Shown in pieces: positions 46,678-56,237 of a stretch of DNA of 64,000 nt. A program made the position numbers and the translations under genes. Position 1 is the first letter of the stretch; every line of letters begins with the position of its first letter. The notes under the pieces are model-generated. The model ran no database searches and was not told the origin of the DNA. It was given only the letters and a program-made list of their open reading frames with translations. The stretch is taken from contig JAGXHI010000028.1 of NCBI GenBank assembly GCA_024636295.1, positions 21,565 through 85,564 on the forward strand, given 5' to 3'. This stretch comes from Desulfuromonadales bacterium. GTDB taxonomy: Bacteria; Desulfobacterota; Desulfuromonadia; Desulfuromonadales; JAGXHI01.

Positions 46678-47394
46678 TCAGGGGGATCCGGAACCTGGAG
46701 GGCCGGTCTTTGTCCCCCACCTGTTTTCCTGCCATTGGTACCATTCCCGAGGGCGAAAGTGGTCTTTGTAAGCCACGCGGGAACAACCGAGGACGTAATA
46801 ACCAAGGTAGTAATATTTCAAACCCAGATCCCGGGCGCGGAAAATTTCCTGAAGAATGCTGAATGTGCCCAGGTTCCGGGCGGAAAAGCGGGGATCAAAG
46901 CAGAAGTAAACGCTGCTCAGTGAATCGCTCCCTCGATCAAGGAAACCCACCCCGACCAACTCCTCGCCCAGATAGAATTCCGACTGCAGCACCGGACAGG
47001 ATGGCATATAGAAGTTGAAGAGAAAGTCTTCCAGCAGAGGATCGTCGGAAAATCTCTCCCTAGAATGACTTCGATAGATGGAAAAAATTTTATCGGAAAA
47101 CTTCAAAGGGCCGAAAACCGTCCGGAGATCCCGGTTGGCTCTCAGCACCCGCCGCTGACTGCGGGAGGGGACGAAGTCGGTGGTCGGCACCCGAAGCGGG
47201 ATACACCGTTCACAGGCGGGACAGACTGGTCGAAAATAATAATGGCCGAATTTTCGCCATCCGGCATTCAGGAAAAAAGCCAGCTCATCTGCGCTGACCT
47301 GACCGGCGAAGAAAGATTCGTATTTCCTCTCCCGGCCCGTCAAATAGGGGCAGGGTCCAAGTTCTTCCTGGCGGGGCGCCTGAATGAGCCGCAT
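46678..47394 (-). CDS. bpt: arginyl/leucyl-tRNA--protein transferase Bpt (N-end rule)
   Basis: 238 aa. CPYLTGRERKYESF, GWRKFGHYYFRPVCPACERCIPLRV, and SRSQRRVLR motifs. Confidence 0.85.
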   Translation of the reverse strand: MRLIQAPRQEELGPCPYLTGRERKYESFFAGQVSADELAFFLNAGWRKFGHYYFRPVCPACERCIPLRVPTTDFVPSRSQRRVLRANRDLRTVFGPLKFSDKIFSIYRSHSRERFSDDPLLEDFLFNFYMPSCPVLQSEFYLGEELVGVGFLDRGSDSLSSVYFCFDPRFSARNLGTFSILQEIFRARDLGLKYYYLGYYVLGCSRVAYKDHFRPREWYQWQENRWGTKTGPPGSGSP

Positions 47395-47620
47395 GATTTA
47401 TTTTCCTCCGGCAGGATTCCCTTCTTGCTTCCCATACAAGGATGGCACAGGCCGAGGGTCCGGTCAACGGCCCTTCAAAGCTTTTTTCTTTGTCGATGGA
47501 CAGGCCCCACTGTCGGATGGTTCAATCGGTGTGCGCAAAAAGTCCCGAGCTGGATTTCATGAAGAGATTTCGTCAATTATTCGCATATTTATCTTTTTAA
47601 AAAAAAATCATGTTTTACAT

Positions 47621-47829
47621 TTGACAGTCACGGAATCCGCAGTACAGTAGAATCAAACGGTGGCGGGATGAAGCCAGGTAAGTGCCAACGGGTTGTTACG
47701 GAATTTAACCGATAAAGGAAAAACTCCTTTATCCGTGAATCCGAAAACAACGCGAAGCAGTCGGAACACACCGAAAGGTGATGTACCTCGACAGGCACAA
47801 AGGCTGTTCCGTCACTGTTCTTTTTTGAG
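47621..47829 (+). ncRNA. structured leader or sRNA upstream of ku (promoter to terminator-like end)
   Basis: TTGACA 47621-47626, 16-nt spacer, TACAGT. A perfect 9-bp hairpin at 47711-47733. A CACC-GAAA-GGUG hairpin at 47769-47780. A long-range stem 47758-47768/47805-47817 is followed by UUCUUUUUU. Confidence 0.35.
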
Positions 47830-47947
47830 CTGTCGTCAATTCCTCCGAAGGCTCAATCCCTCTTCTTCCCCACCAGACTTGATAGATTCTCGTTTTCTGC
47901 CAATCTTAAAGGAGAATATCTTTTATACTCACCATGGAGTGTAGATT

Positions 47948-48811
47948 ATGGCGCCCAAAACATCCTGGACCGGCAATCTGAAACTGTCTCTGATATCTGT
48001 TCCCGTCCGTTTATACCGGGCTGTCAGCGCCACCTCCCGTATCAGCCTCAACATGCTCCATGAGGGATGCAATCGACGGATTCATTACCGTTATGACTGT
48101 CCGGTGCATGGCACGGTCGACAAAAACGATATCGTCAAGGGATACCAGTACGAAAAGGGCAAGTACGTCGTTTTAGATGAAGAAACCCTGGGCAATGTCA
48201 AACTGGAGACGACAAAAACCATGGAGATTGTGCAATTCGTCCGGGAGGAAGAACTGGATCCAGTTTACCTGGGCACTCCCTACTACCTGGCGCCGGACGG
48301 TCCGGTAGCCGAAGAGGCTTTCAGCGTCCTTCGGGAAGCATTCAGGCTAAGCGGGAAAGTTGGAATCGGGCGGGTGACCATGGCCGGCCGGGAGCATATA
48401 GCTGCCATCCAGCCCAGGGACAAGGGATTTGTCCTGACAACCCTTCATTATGCAAAAGAAGTAAGAAATGCCGGAATTTACTTCGAGGGCATCCATGGTC
48501 GGGAGATCGCCCGGGATGAACTGGACCTGGCGCAACAGTTGATTGAGAAAAAGACCCGGACCTTCCATCCCGAGGAGTTCAGGGATCGTTATGATGAGGC
48601 GCTCAGCGAAGTCATCCAGGCGAAACTGGCGGGGAAGGAACCCACGGTTGTTGCTGAAGAGCAACCCGGGAAAGTGGTCGATTTTATGGAGGCCCTCAAG
48701 CGAAGCATCGCACAGGAAGGCGAAACCAGGCCCAGAGAAAAGAGCCCATCTCCTCCTCGGGGCAAACGCCGTGCACCAACCGAGAAAAAGAAACAAAGCG
48801 GAAAGGGATAA
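47948..48811 (+). CDS. ku: Ku protein (bacterial NHEJ DNA end-binding)
   Basis: 287 aa. SWTGNLKLSLISVPVRLY, KGYQYEKGKYVVLDEE, and a lysine-rich C-terminal tail. Confidence 0.9.
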   Translation: MAPKTSWTGNLKLSLISVPVRLYRAVSATSRISLNMLHEGCNRRIHYRYDCPVHGTVDKNDIVKGYQYEKGKYVVLDEETLGNVKLETTKTMEIVQFVREEELDPVYLGTPYYLAPDGPVAEEAFSVLREAFRLSGKVGIGRVTMAGREHIAAIQPRDKGFVLTTLHYAKEVRNAGIYFEGIHGREIARDELDLAQQLIEKKTRTFHPEEFRDRYDEALSEVIQAKLAGKEPTVVAEEQPGKVVDFMEALKRSIAQEGETRPREKSPSPPRGKRRAPTEKKKQSGKG

Positions 48812-48867
48812 TTCTCTCGCAAAGGTTGCTGGAAATGGTGGATCTCCAAATCCGCCGCGCTGCGACT

Positions 48868-49102
48868 TCAGCGAATCACGTCGGGGACAATATCGAGAAC
48901 CTCACGCAGAGCAATATTCATCGTCTCCCACCCGGAACCGGGAATATCCGGGAGGGAGTTCGGATAACTTCTGCTCCAATTCCTCGGGAAGAGGCATCCC
49001 TGCAACGCCAGGGGGTATTTCCCCTGTTCTGGCGTCTCCTTGCGTACATGTTATCAGCTTGAGAAGGATCAGCAATTCTGATGTGAATTTCATCTCTTGC
49101 AA
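48868..49102 (-). pseudogene. small secreted CigR/RcnB-like protein with apparent 1-nt frameshift
   Basis: ORF 48902-49102 ends ...LPPGYSRFRVGDDEYCSA. Skipping one nt after GDD gives NIALREVLDIVPDVIR-stop (48868). That fits the family pattern LPPGY..V.D.L....T..I.DV, recalled from memory. Confidence 0.35.
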
Positions 49103-49149
49103 TTAATGAAAATGATCCCTATAGTTAAACGATTTTCTGAACAGCCTGT

Positions 49150-50301
49150 ATGGATATTGAGATGAGGTTATCGTCGGAGGCAAATAAAGCGGATCTTCAG
49201 ATCCGTTCCGAAGGAGAGAAGTTCATTATCAAACTGGCTGGACGCCTGGATGCCTCCACTACCGGAGAAATCTGGCGCCAGACCCAACAACGCCTCGATC
49301 GGGAAAACCCAAAAGAAATTCTTGTGGATGCCTCCGGGATCGAATATGCGGACGGTTCGGGCATCGCTTTTCTTGTCGATCTTCGATGCCGTCAGCAGGA
49401 CCGCAAGGGGAAGTTTAAAATCCGGGAACTTCGCGATGAATTGAACCAGCTGCTCAACCTCTATGCTCCCCCCACATTCGAAAAGCCCCCCCCGGAAAAA
49501 CTCCAATCATTTCATATACCGGAGGAGCTCGGCCGCCTGACCTACACCATCTGGTCCGACTGGAAAGCCTCCGTCATATTTATCGGTGAACTGGCGACCA
49601 ATCTTGCCTTCGCCGTTCTCCATCCCCGCAGCATCCGCTGGAGGGAGGTATTACTCATTGGGGAGAAGGCGGGCGTCAACGCTCTGCCCATTGTTGTTCT
49701 TATCAGTTTCCTTGTCGGGCTGATCATGGCTTTCCAGTCCGCCATCCCCATGCGTCAGTTCGGGGTGGAAATCTACGTGGCGAATCTCATAGCCTTGTCC
49801 ATGCTCAGGGAACTGGGTCCACTGATGACGGCGCTCACCCTGGCCGGACGAACCGGGTCCTCATTCGCAGCGGAACTCGGCACAATGAAGGTGAACGAGG
49901 AAATCGACGCCCTCCTCACCATGGGAATCCACCCGGTCCGCTTTCTGGTGATTACCCGGATTGCAGCGGCCGTTATCATGACCCCCATCCTGACTGTTTT
50001 CGCTGATCTGGTCGGCGTCATGGCCGGTTCCCTCGTTCTTCTGTCCATGGGATATCCCCTTGTTACTTATGTAAATCAGGTTTTAAGCGCAGTCTCCTGG
50101 ATAGATTTCTCTCAAGGATTGCTGAAGTCCATCGTTTTCGGCCTGGTCTATTCATCCATCGGATGTCTTCGAGGTCTTCAGACAGAAACCGGGCCCAGCG
50201 CGGTCGGTGATTCGGCCACCAGAGCAGTCGTCGGCGGAATCATCATGATTGTTGTCGTCGATGGAATTTTTGCTGTAATTTTCTATATATTGGGAATCTG
50301 A
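49150..50301 (+). CDS. mlaE: MlaE-type ABC permease with N-terminal STAS domain
   Basis: 383 aa. The first ~110 aa are STAS/anti-sigma-antagonist-like (FIIKLAGRLDASTTGEIW...VDASGIEYADGSGIAFLV). The rest is an MlaE permease. Confidence 0.8.
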   Translation: MDIEMRLSSEANKADLQIRSEGEKFIIKLAGRLDASTTGEIWRQTQQRLDRENPKEILVDASGIEYADGSGIAFLVDLRCRQQDRKGKFKIRELRDELNQLLNLYAPPTFEKPPPEKLQSFHIPEELGRLTYTIWSDWKASVIFIGELATNLAFAVLHPRSIRWREVLLIGEKAGVNALPIVVLISFLVGLIMAFQSAIPMRQFGVEIYVANLIALSMLRELGPLMTALTLAGRTGSSFAAELGTMKVNEEIDALLTMGIHPVRFLVITRIAAAVIMTPILTVFADLVGVMAGSLVLLSMGYPLVTYVNQVLSAVSWIDFSQGLLKSIVFGLVYSSIGCLRGLQTETGPSAVGDSATRAVVGGIIMIVVVDGIFAVIFYILGI

Positions 50302-50303
50302 AT

Positions 50304-51077
50304 GTGATGACCTCCTCCGGGAAAAACATCATACAGGTGGAGAACCTGACGGTCGGTTACGATGAAACGGTCATCGTCGAGGATGTTTCCTTCAACGTGA
50401 AAGAAGGAGAGATTTTTGTCATTCTCGGAGGCTCCGGAAGTGGGAAAAGCACCCTGCTTAAAGCCATGATCGGCCTCCTTCGCCCCCTTGCCGGCCGTAC
50501 CCTTATCGACGGAGAAGACCTGTGCGCGGCCGATGAAAAAGGTCAATTGCGGATCCTGAAAAAGATCGGGGTCATGTATCAGAGCGGCGCCCTCTTCGGT
50601 TCGATGACCTTGTCGGAAAACCTGCGCCTTCCGCTGGAAGAATTCACCGATCTTCCCCGAGAAGCCAGGAATCTGATCAGCTGTCTGAAGCTCAACCTTG
50701 TGGGGCTTAAAGGATATGAAAACTATATGCCCTCGGAAATCAGTGGAGGCATGAAAAAAAGGGCCGCCATCGCCCGGGCGATGGTTCTGGACCCTCGGAT
50801 CCTTTTTCTTGACGAACCCGCGGCAGGCCTCGATCCCATCACCCAGGCCGAAGTAGATCAACTGGTGCTGAGCCTGGCCAGGAATCTGGGCATTACTTTC
50901 ATTATTGTCACCCATGAACTGCCAAGCATCTATGCTGTGGCCGATCGGCTGATCATGCTGGACAAGAGCTCACGGAAAATCATTGCCGAGGGAGATCCCC
51001 ATTACCTGAGGGATCACAGTGACAATCCTCGGGTAAGGCGATTTTTCCGGCGGGAGGCCGATCCAGGATCGGTTTAA
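50304..51077 (+). CDS. mlaF: MlaF-type ABC transporter ATP-binding protein
   Basis: 257 aa. Walker A GGSGSGKST, signature SGGMKKR, Walker B LFLDEP. Confidence 0.9.
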   Translation: MMTSSGKNIIQVENLTVGYDETVIVEDVSFNVKEGEIFVILGGSGSGKSTLLKAMIGLLRPLAGRTLIDGEDLCAADEKGQLRILKKIGVMYQSGALFGSMTLSENLRLPLEEFTDLPREARNLISCLKLNLVGLKGYENYMPSEISGGMKKRAAIARAMVLDPRILFLDEPAAGLDPITQAEVDQLVLSLARNLGITFIIVTHELPSIYAVADRLIMLDKSSRKIIAEGDPHYLRDHSDNPRVRRFFRREADPGSV

Positions 51078-51162
51078 ACGTATTTGTGCCCCGGACGATC
51101 GTATGTCCTCGGCATGTTAAAATGGATATCCCAGTTGGAGAAGGGAAAGGAGCAGGGGCGGA

Positions 51163-52218
51163 ATGTCCGTTCGAGCGAATTATTTCAAGACAGGGCTCTT
51201 CGTTATCATCGGGATCGTCATCGCAGTTGCGGCGGTGGTCATTCTCGGCGTGGGCGCCATTCTCCGTGAGGAGATAATGGTCGAGTCCTACTTTGAGGAT
51301 TCGGTGCAGGGACTGGATGTGGGATCCCCGGTAAAATTCCGTGGCGTGCAGATCGGCAAGGTGGATACGATCGCCCTTGTCAATCAATATTATCCGACCG
51401 ACCGCCGCTACGTCCTCATCAGAATGGCCCTGTTTTCGGATGTTTTCCTAGTGGAGAAGTCGGATAATGGAGACGGTCTCAAAAAACTGATCCGGGACGG
51501 TTTACGGGTCCGATTGAATTTTCAGGGAGTCACCGGAGCCGCGTATATCGAGGCGGATTACCTCGAACCGGATAGATATCCTCCCCTGGTCTTCAACTGG
51601 GAGCCCAGATATCCGTATATCCCTTCAGCCCCGAGCATCATCACCCGTCTGTCGGAATCGGCGGACAAGATCATGAGGAATCTGGAGAAGATCAATCTAG
51701 AAGGCCTCATTGAGACGGTGGAGAAATCCCTTCAGGCGGTCACCAGTGTTCTTGATGAAACCAACGTTGCCCAGATCGGAGATGAAACCGAAAAACTTCT
51801 CTCGGAGCTCCGAGAAACCAATCGTCAGATAAACTCTCTGGTGGAAAAAATCGATTTGGAACCGCTCCTGAAAGAAGCTTCCGCAACTGTCGCCGATACG
51901 CGTCAGCTGGTTCAAGATGTTCGAAAGCCCCTGGAGAGCTTTCTCGCTACCTCGACGGAGGCAGCGAACAGTGTCAACCGTATCGTAGGGAATCTCGAAT
52001 CTTCAGGGGACCTTTCTGCTGCTCTTTCCCGACTGCAGAATACCGCTCGCCGACTGGACAATATGGTTTCCGGACAGCAGGTGGATATCGAGACCATCGT
52101 CGAGAACTTCAGGATATTCTCGGAAAATTTTCGCGAGGTCTCGGAGGAACTCTCAAGGAATCCCCGCAAATTTATTTTCGGCGGACCACCGCCGAGGCCT
52201 GAATCAGGAGGGAACTGA
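51163..52218 (+). CDS. mlaD: MCE/MlaD-domain substrate-binding protein
   Basis: 351 aa. An N-terminal TM segment, an MCE domain (GLDVGSPVKFRGVQIGKV), and a long helical C-terminus. Confidence 0.85.
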   Translation: MSVRANYFKTGLFVIIGIVIAVAAVVILGVGAILREEIMVESYFEDSVQGLDVGSPVKFRGVQIGKVDTIALVNQYYPTDRRYVLIRMALFSDVFLVEKSDNGDGLKKLIRDGLRVRLNFQGVTGAAYIEADYLEPDRYPPLVFNWEPRYPYIPSAPSIITRLSESADKIMRNLEKINLEGLIETVEKSLQAVTSVLDETNVAQIGDETEKLLSELRETNRQINSLVEKIDLEPLLKEASATVADTRQLVQDVRKPLESFLATSTEAANSVNRIVGNLESSGDLSAALSRLQNTARRLDNMVSGQQVDIETIVENFRIFSENFREVSEELSRNPRKFIFGGPPPRPESGGN

Positions 52219-52850
52219 TGAGTTGGCCGACACGAAGCACTGCATTGTTTCTCGTTGCCCTCTGGCTCATGCCGATTACGGGCTGTATAAAGCTGGAAAG
52301 GGATTACCCGCGTAGGGAGTCCTTTCTGATCGATGTCTCACGAGAAAATTCATCGACATCTCCCGCGGGAGAGCACATTTTGCGGATTCGGAAAATCCGC
52401 ATATCCCCTCGCTTTCAAAATCAGAGCTTCGTGTATCAAAAAGGATCGAACAGTTATGAAGCCGATTACTACAATCAGTTTTTCATCCCACCTGGAGAAA
52501 TGCTGACGGAAGAGATCCGGGACTGGCTGAAGAATTCCGGGATCTTCGCCCAGGTAGTCGATAGACCAGGCCAGATATATCCGGATTACTTCCTCGAGGG
52601 AAATGTTTCCGCCCTGTTCGGCGATTACTCCCAGGATCCTCCCCGAGCCGTTATCGGGATGGAGTTTACAATGATTCACGATCTGCCCGCCGGGGCGGAA
52701 ACGGTCATCAAGAAAAACTACCGTCAGGAAATTTCTCTCCCGGCCCGATCGCCCGAAGCGCTGGTCGAGGGGTGGGAGGAGGGACTGCGGAAAATTCTGG
52801 CGGAGCTGGAGTCGGATCTTCAGGAGGCCATAATCGGGAGAACGGATTGA
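52218..52850 (+). CDS. ABC-type transport auxiliary lipoprotein (PqiC/DUF330-like)
   Basis: 210 aa. Lipobox-like LMPITGC. Sits immediately after the MCE gene with a 1-bp overlap. Confidence 0.65.
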   Translation: MSWPTRSTALFLVALWLMPITGCIKLERDYPRRESFLIDVSRENSSTSPAGEHILRIRKIRISPRFQNQSFVYQKGSNSYEADYYNQFFIPPGEMLTEEIRDWLKNSGIFAQVVDRPGQIYPDYFLEGNVSALFGDYSQDPPRAVIGMEFTMIHDLPAGAETVIKKNYRQEISLPARSPEALVEGWEEGLRKILAELESDLQEAIIGRTD

Positions 52851-52920
52851 AAAACTGGAGAAGTTTTCCTGAAAACAATCGGCAGGACTATCCGGAGGAT
52901 TTAATACCAGGAGGGCTTAC

Positions 52921-53268
52921 GTGTACTTTCTTCTGAACTGGCTCATTGCTTCTCTGTCCATAGGCATCGCAGCCTATCTCCTTCCCGGCATTTCACTATC
53001 AGGCTTTTTTGCCGCCCTGGTGACTGCCCTTATCCTGGGCCTGATCAATGCATTCATCAAACCGGTACTGATCATTCTCACCCTGCCTTTGAACATATTG
53101 ACACTGGGTCTGCTGACCTTTGTCATCAATGCTCTTCTGATAATGCTGACCGGCGTCCTGATTCCGGGCTTCATCGTTCAAGGTTTCTGGTGGGCACTGC
53201 TGTTCAGTCTGATACTTTCCCCGATTAACTGGGCTTTGAGCGCCATCTCTCCTGATCCGAAAATGTGA
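52921..53268 (+). CDS. small membrane protein of the Phage_holin_4_2/YvlD (DUF360) family
   Basis: 115 aa with four TM segments. The LGLINAFIKPVLIILTLPLNILTLGL motif is typical of that family (from memory). Confidence 0.6.
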   Translation: MYFLLNWLIASLSIGIAAYLLPGISLSGFFAALVTALILGLINAFIKPVLIILTLPLNILTLGLLTFVINALLIMLTGVLIPGFIVQGFWWALLFSLILSPINWALSAISPDPKM

Positions 53269-53431
53269 GAACCAACGATCTGGCCCCGAATACCCATAAA
53301 TTTTTAAGGATTTGATCTGAAGTTGAGAGAGAGTATATGGGGGGGGAGATTCAGGGCTTGATTACATTCGGTCGCGGCGATATGGAATCCTGCTTAAAAC
53401 TCGGGATCGAAGCCCTTTCATCCACTGCTGG

Positions 53432-53674
53432 TCAAAGTGGCTTTTTCTCAATTGCGTAAAGATCGGATATGATATCCAGAACGATTTCCTGCTTATCTTC
53501 GGAAAGTTCCCTGAACATTCCCATGAGAAGTCGCTCCGGTTGCGGATTTCGATATTTTTTCAATGAGTTGAATGTACGCAACCATCCACCATTTTCCACA
53601 GTTTCCCCTTTCATAAACAAATTTTTCATCATTGTGCCACTCCCGGATGATTTTTTATGATTTAAAGTATACAC
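53432..53674 (-). CDS. hypothetical small protein
   Basis: 80-aa ORF (an internal start at MMKNLF is possible). No family recognised. Confidence 0.35.
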   Translation of the reverse strand: MYTLNHKKSSGSGTMMKNLFMKGETVENGGWLRTFNSLKKYRNPQPERLLMGMFRELSEDKQEIVLDIISDLYAIEKKPL

Positions 53675-53721
53675 ATTTTCAATAGAACAACAAACGCCGG
53701 CATTTTACTTTTTCAGTTAAA

Positions 53722-53756
53722 AAAAGGACGACAGAATGCTTTCCTGTCGTCCTTTT
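53722..53756 (-). terminator. Rho-independent terminator downstream of tRNA-Gln
   Basis: 13-bp perfect stem aaaaggacgacag/ctgtcgtcctttt. The minus-strand RNA ends in a U run. Confidence 0.8.
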
Positions 53757-53765
53757 AAAATATTA

Positions 53766-53839
53766 TGGCTGGGGTGCCAGGATTCGAACCTGGGATACCG
53801 GAGTCAGAGTCCGGTGCCTTACCGCTTGGCGACACCCCA
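53766..53839 (-). tRNA. tRNA-Gln (anticodon CUG), CCA encoded
   Basis: Manual cloverleaf: acceptor UGGGGUG/CACCCCA, anticodon stem CCGGA/UCCGG with loop CU-CUG-AC, T arm CCAGG-UUCGAAU-CCUGG, and 3' GCCA. Close to E. coli tRNA-Gln. Confidence 0.95.
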
Positions 53840-53975
53840 AGAAAATTCCGGACGCAATGTTTCCGGACGGACAGAAATAAACCAGCTGATCATGGTTTGT
53901 CAAGGGTTTTCCGAATCAGGTCTTCCTGCAATCACCTCCCGGATTAACCATCAATAAAACTTTCCTGTGGGCGTT

Positions 53976-56237
53976 CTATTGGGTAAGCCGTTCGAGACTC
54001 TCACGGACGCCTTCATGTCCCGGATCCAGCAGAAGGGCATGCCGGTATTCCTCGACAGCCCTGAAAGTGAGCCCCATCCGTTCATAGAGAACAGCGGCGG
54101 ACCGTCTCAATTCAGCATCACCAGGAAATTTTCCAATACCCAGAGTGAGGGCATTCAGGGCAGCCTCATAATTTTCCTGATCCCTGAAGCGCACGGAGAT
54201 TTCGAGAAAAAGCGATGGATCCGGAATGTCTTCTTCCGCCACAAGGGTAAGTGCTGTCTGGTAGCTCTTTTTCGCTGTCTTGAGATCTCCCTTCTCCGCG
54301 GAATAGTCCCCGAACAGAAAATGAGACAGGAACCTTTCAGGCAGGATTTCTCCCGCTTTTGCCGAGGGGATTCCCAGGGTTTCGAGAAGAGAAAGATAGG
54401 AAGTGGTCATTTCAGGAGATCGAGTGAGATCGGTTTGCATTTCATCGATTCCCACATCTTCTTTTCCCCGGGAAATAAGCCAGGCGATAAAGCGCCTTCG
54501 CTGGAAGGACCCGGGGCGTTCCTCCGCAACGGAACGGCGATATAACTTTTCAGCGTCATCCTCCTTCCCCCGGTATTCGCTGAAAGCCCCAGCAAGCCTC
54601 AGAGACTCCCGGCCGGCCGGGTTCAGTTGAAGGATACGATGGATAGATTTTTCCGCCCCTGAGAGATCACCCTCTTTCAATCGAGATCTGAAATCAGCAT
54701 TAAGTCGACCCAGATCCAGGGGATTTCTCAGCAAGCTGGATCTCTGATCGTTTTCTGAAATAAAATCTTCAGCCTCTGATTGCGATCTCAGAAGTGTTCC
54801 TACAAAAATCCATGCATTCAGAAGACAGATTACCGCCAATATCCCCGCCCATGCCGGCAATCGGGATCCTGCCTCTTCCGCCAGTTCAGTTGAAGACGCT
54901 CCGCGCGACCTCGTGCAGGCAGCAGAAACAGCAAGAGCGGCCAGAAAAAAGAAACCATAGCCCGCTCCGCCCCGAACCAGGGTCTCCCCAGCAAAAACGG
55001 ACCCGATCCCGGCCAGCAAACCGGCGACCGCACCGGGGTAAAGAAATCGGGAAGTCCTGTTTCGCCGCCTGCGCCAGACAGGATAGGTCTTCCACAGGAG
55101 GACTGCGATAAAAATGGAAAGACAAAGCCCTTCTATCAAGCCCTTTCGTGCAGGTGACCACAGATGACTGAAATAGGAGGCTTCCGCCACCGGCAGGGGA
55201 TCGGTCATTTTCCATGGGAACTCACCCTTTTTTCGCACCTCATCAGGCCAGGCGATATTCTGCGTATGGGTTTCGCTTTCCGGAAAGGATGCATTCACTG
55301 ACAACTGAAGCTTTCCCGGAAACGCCCCCCGCCATTCGAAAACACCTGCTTCCCCTGCTGCAAGCGCGAAAATACCCAATATGATCAGACATCCGACGAT
55401 CGGGAGTTCGCTTAGTTTTTCCAGCCCCTGAATAAGAAAAATCATGCCGAAGAGAACCAGAGTCCCGGTCAATACCAGCATGGAGGCTCTGGATGATTGA
55501 ATCAATATCGCTGCAAAAATTATTGTTGTCGGTATCGCATAGAGAATATGGGGCAAGGAGCCGGGAAAGCGGAAAAATTGGACTATCCTCTCGCGAAAAG
55601 GGAAATACCGGACCTGGGGGCGTCCGGCCATGACAAGGCCCAGGGCCAAAGGAAAAATTGATATCATAAACCCGACAGCAAAGCCCTCCTGAATATCGGA
55701 GGCGAGTCGAAAGAGGATTGGCGAGAGTTCCAGAAAGGTCTCCCTTGGCGTTAAAAACAGGGAGAGTACAATAATCGATTGAAGTCCCCCGGCAAGGAGA
55801 ATGACCACCGCGGCACGTTTAATTCGGTTCCGGTTCGTCAGAAACTGAACCGCCACCCAGTAAAGGCCGATAAAGGAGATCATCTGAAGAAGCGTCAGGA
55901 AGGTTTTTACGGGGAAATCCGAGAGGGTCATCCATGCGGTCGGACTGAAGACCCAGATTGTTTCCCGATACAACTCTGCTTTGTCCGGAGATAAAAATTC
56001 GACTGCGCCGGGGGGGAGCGGTACAAGTTGTATCGCAAGATAGGACGAGAGCAGCACCAGTGGAAATAATCCAGGGACACGCAGATGCCCGAGACGAGCC
56101 GCCAGGATGCATGTGGCCAGTGCCATCAGGAGCCATATCAGACTTAGAAACAGGGCAATAAAATTGCCACTGAATTGGGGCATTAAAAACGTGCAAAAAC
56201 TCAGCACAAGGAATAAATAGTAGAGAAACCTAGACAT
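53976..56237 (-). CDS. O-antigen ligase-like polytopic membrane protein fused to C-terminal TPR repeats
   Basis: The ORF runs to 56396, but the start at MSRFLYYLFLVLSF (56237) avoids a long overlap with the upstream gene. Many TM helices are followed by a ~250-aa TPR-like region. Confidence 0.7.
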   Translation of the reverse strand: MSRFLYYLFLVLSFCTFLMPQFSGNFIALFLSLIWLLMALATCILAARLGHLRVPGLFPLVLLSSYLAIQLVPLPPGAVEFLSPDKAELYRETIWVFSPTAWMTLSDFPVKTFLTLLQMISFIGLYWVAVQFLTNRNRIKRAAVVILLAGGLQSIIVLSLFLTPRETFLELSPILFRLASDIQEGFAVGFMISIFPLALGLVMAGRPQVRYFPFRERIVQFFRFPGSLPHILYAIPTTIIFAAILIQSSRASMLVLTGTLVLFGMIFLIQGLEKLSELPIVGCLIILGIFALAAGEAGVFEWRGAFPGKLQLSVNASFPESETHTQNIAWPDEVRKKGEFPWKMTDPLPVAEASYFSHLWSPARKGLIEGLCLSIFIAVLLWKTYPVWRRRRNRTSRFLYPGAVAGLLAGIGSVFAGETLVRGGAGYGFFFLAALAVSAACTRSRGASSTELAEEAGSRLPAWAGILAVICLLNAWIFVGTLLRSQSEAEDFISENDQRSSLLRNPLDLGRLNADFRSRLKEGDLSGAEKSIHRILQLNPAGRESLRLAGAFSEYRGKEDDAEKLYRRSVAEERPGSFQRRRFIAWLISRGKEDVGIDEMQTDLTRSPEMTTSYLSLLETLGIPSAKAGEILPERFLSHFLFGDYSAEKGDLKTAKKSYQTALTLVAEEDIPDPSLFLEISVRFRDQENYEAALNALTLGIGKFPGDAELRRSAAVLYERMGLTFRAVEEYRHALLLDPGHEGVRESLERLTQ

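Noticed and set aside
47672-47688. Minus-strand TGGCAC-N5-TGGCT, a near sigma-54 -24/-12 match pointing toward bpt
   Set aside because: It lies about 280 nt from the bpt start with no upstream activator-like palindrome, and bpt is not an expected sigma-54 target. It is probably a chance match inside the ku leader.
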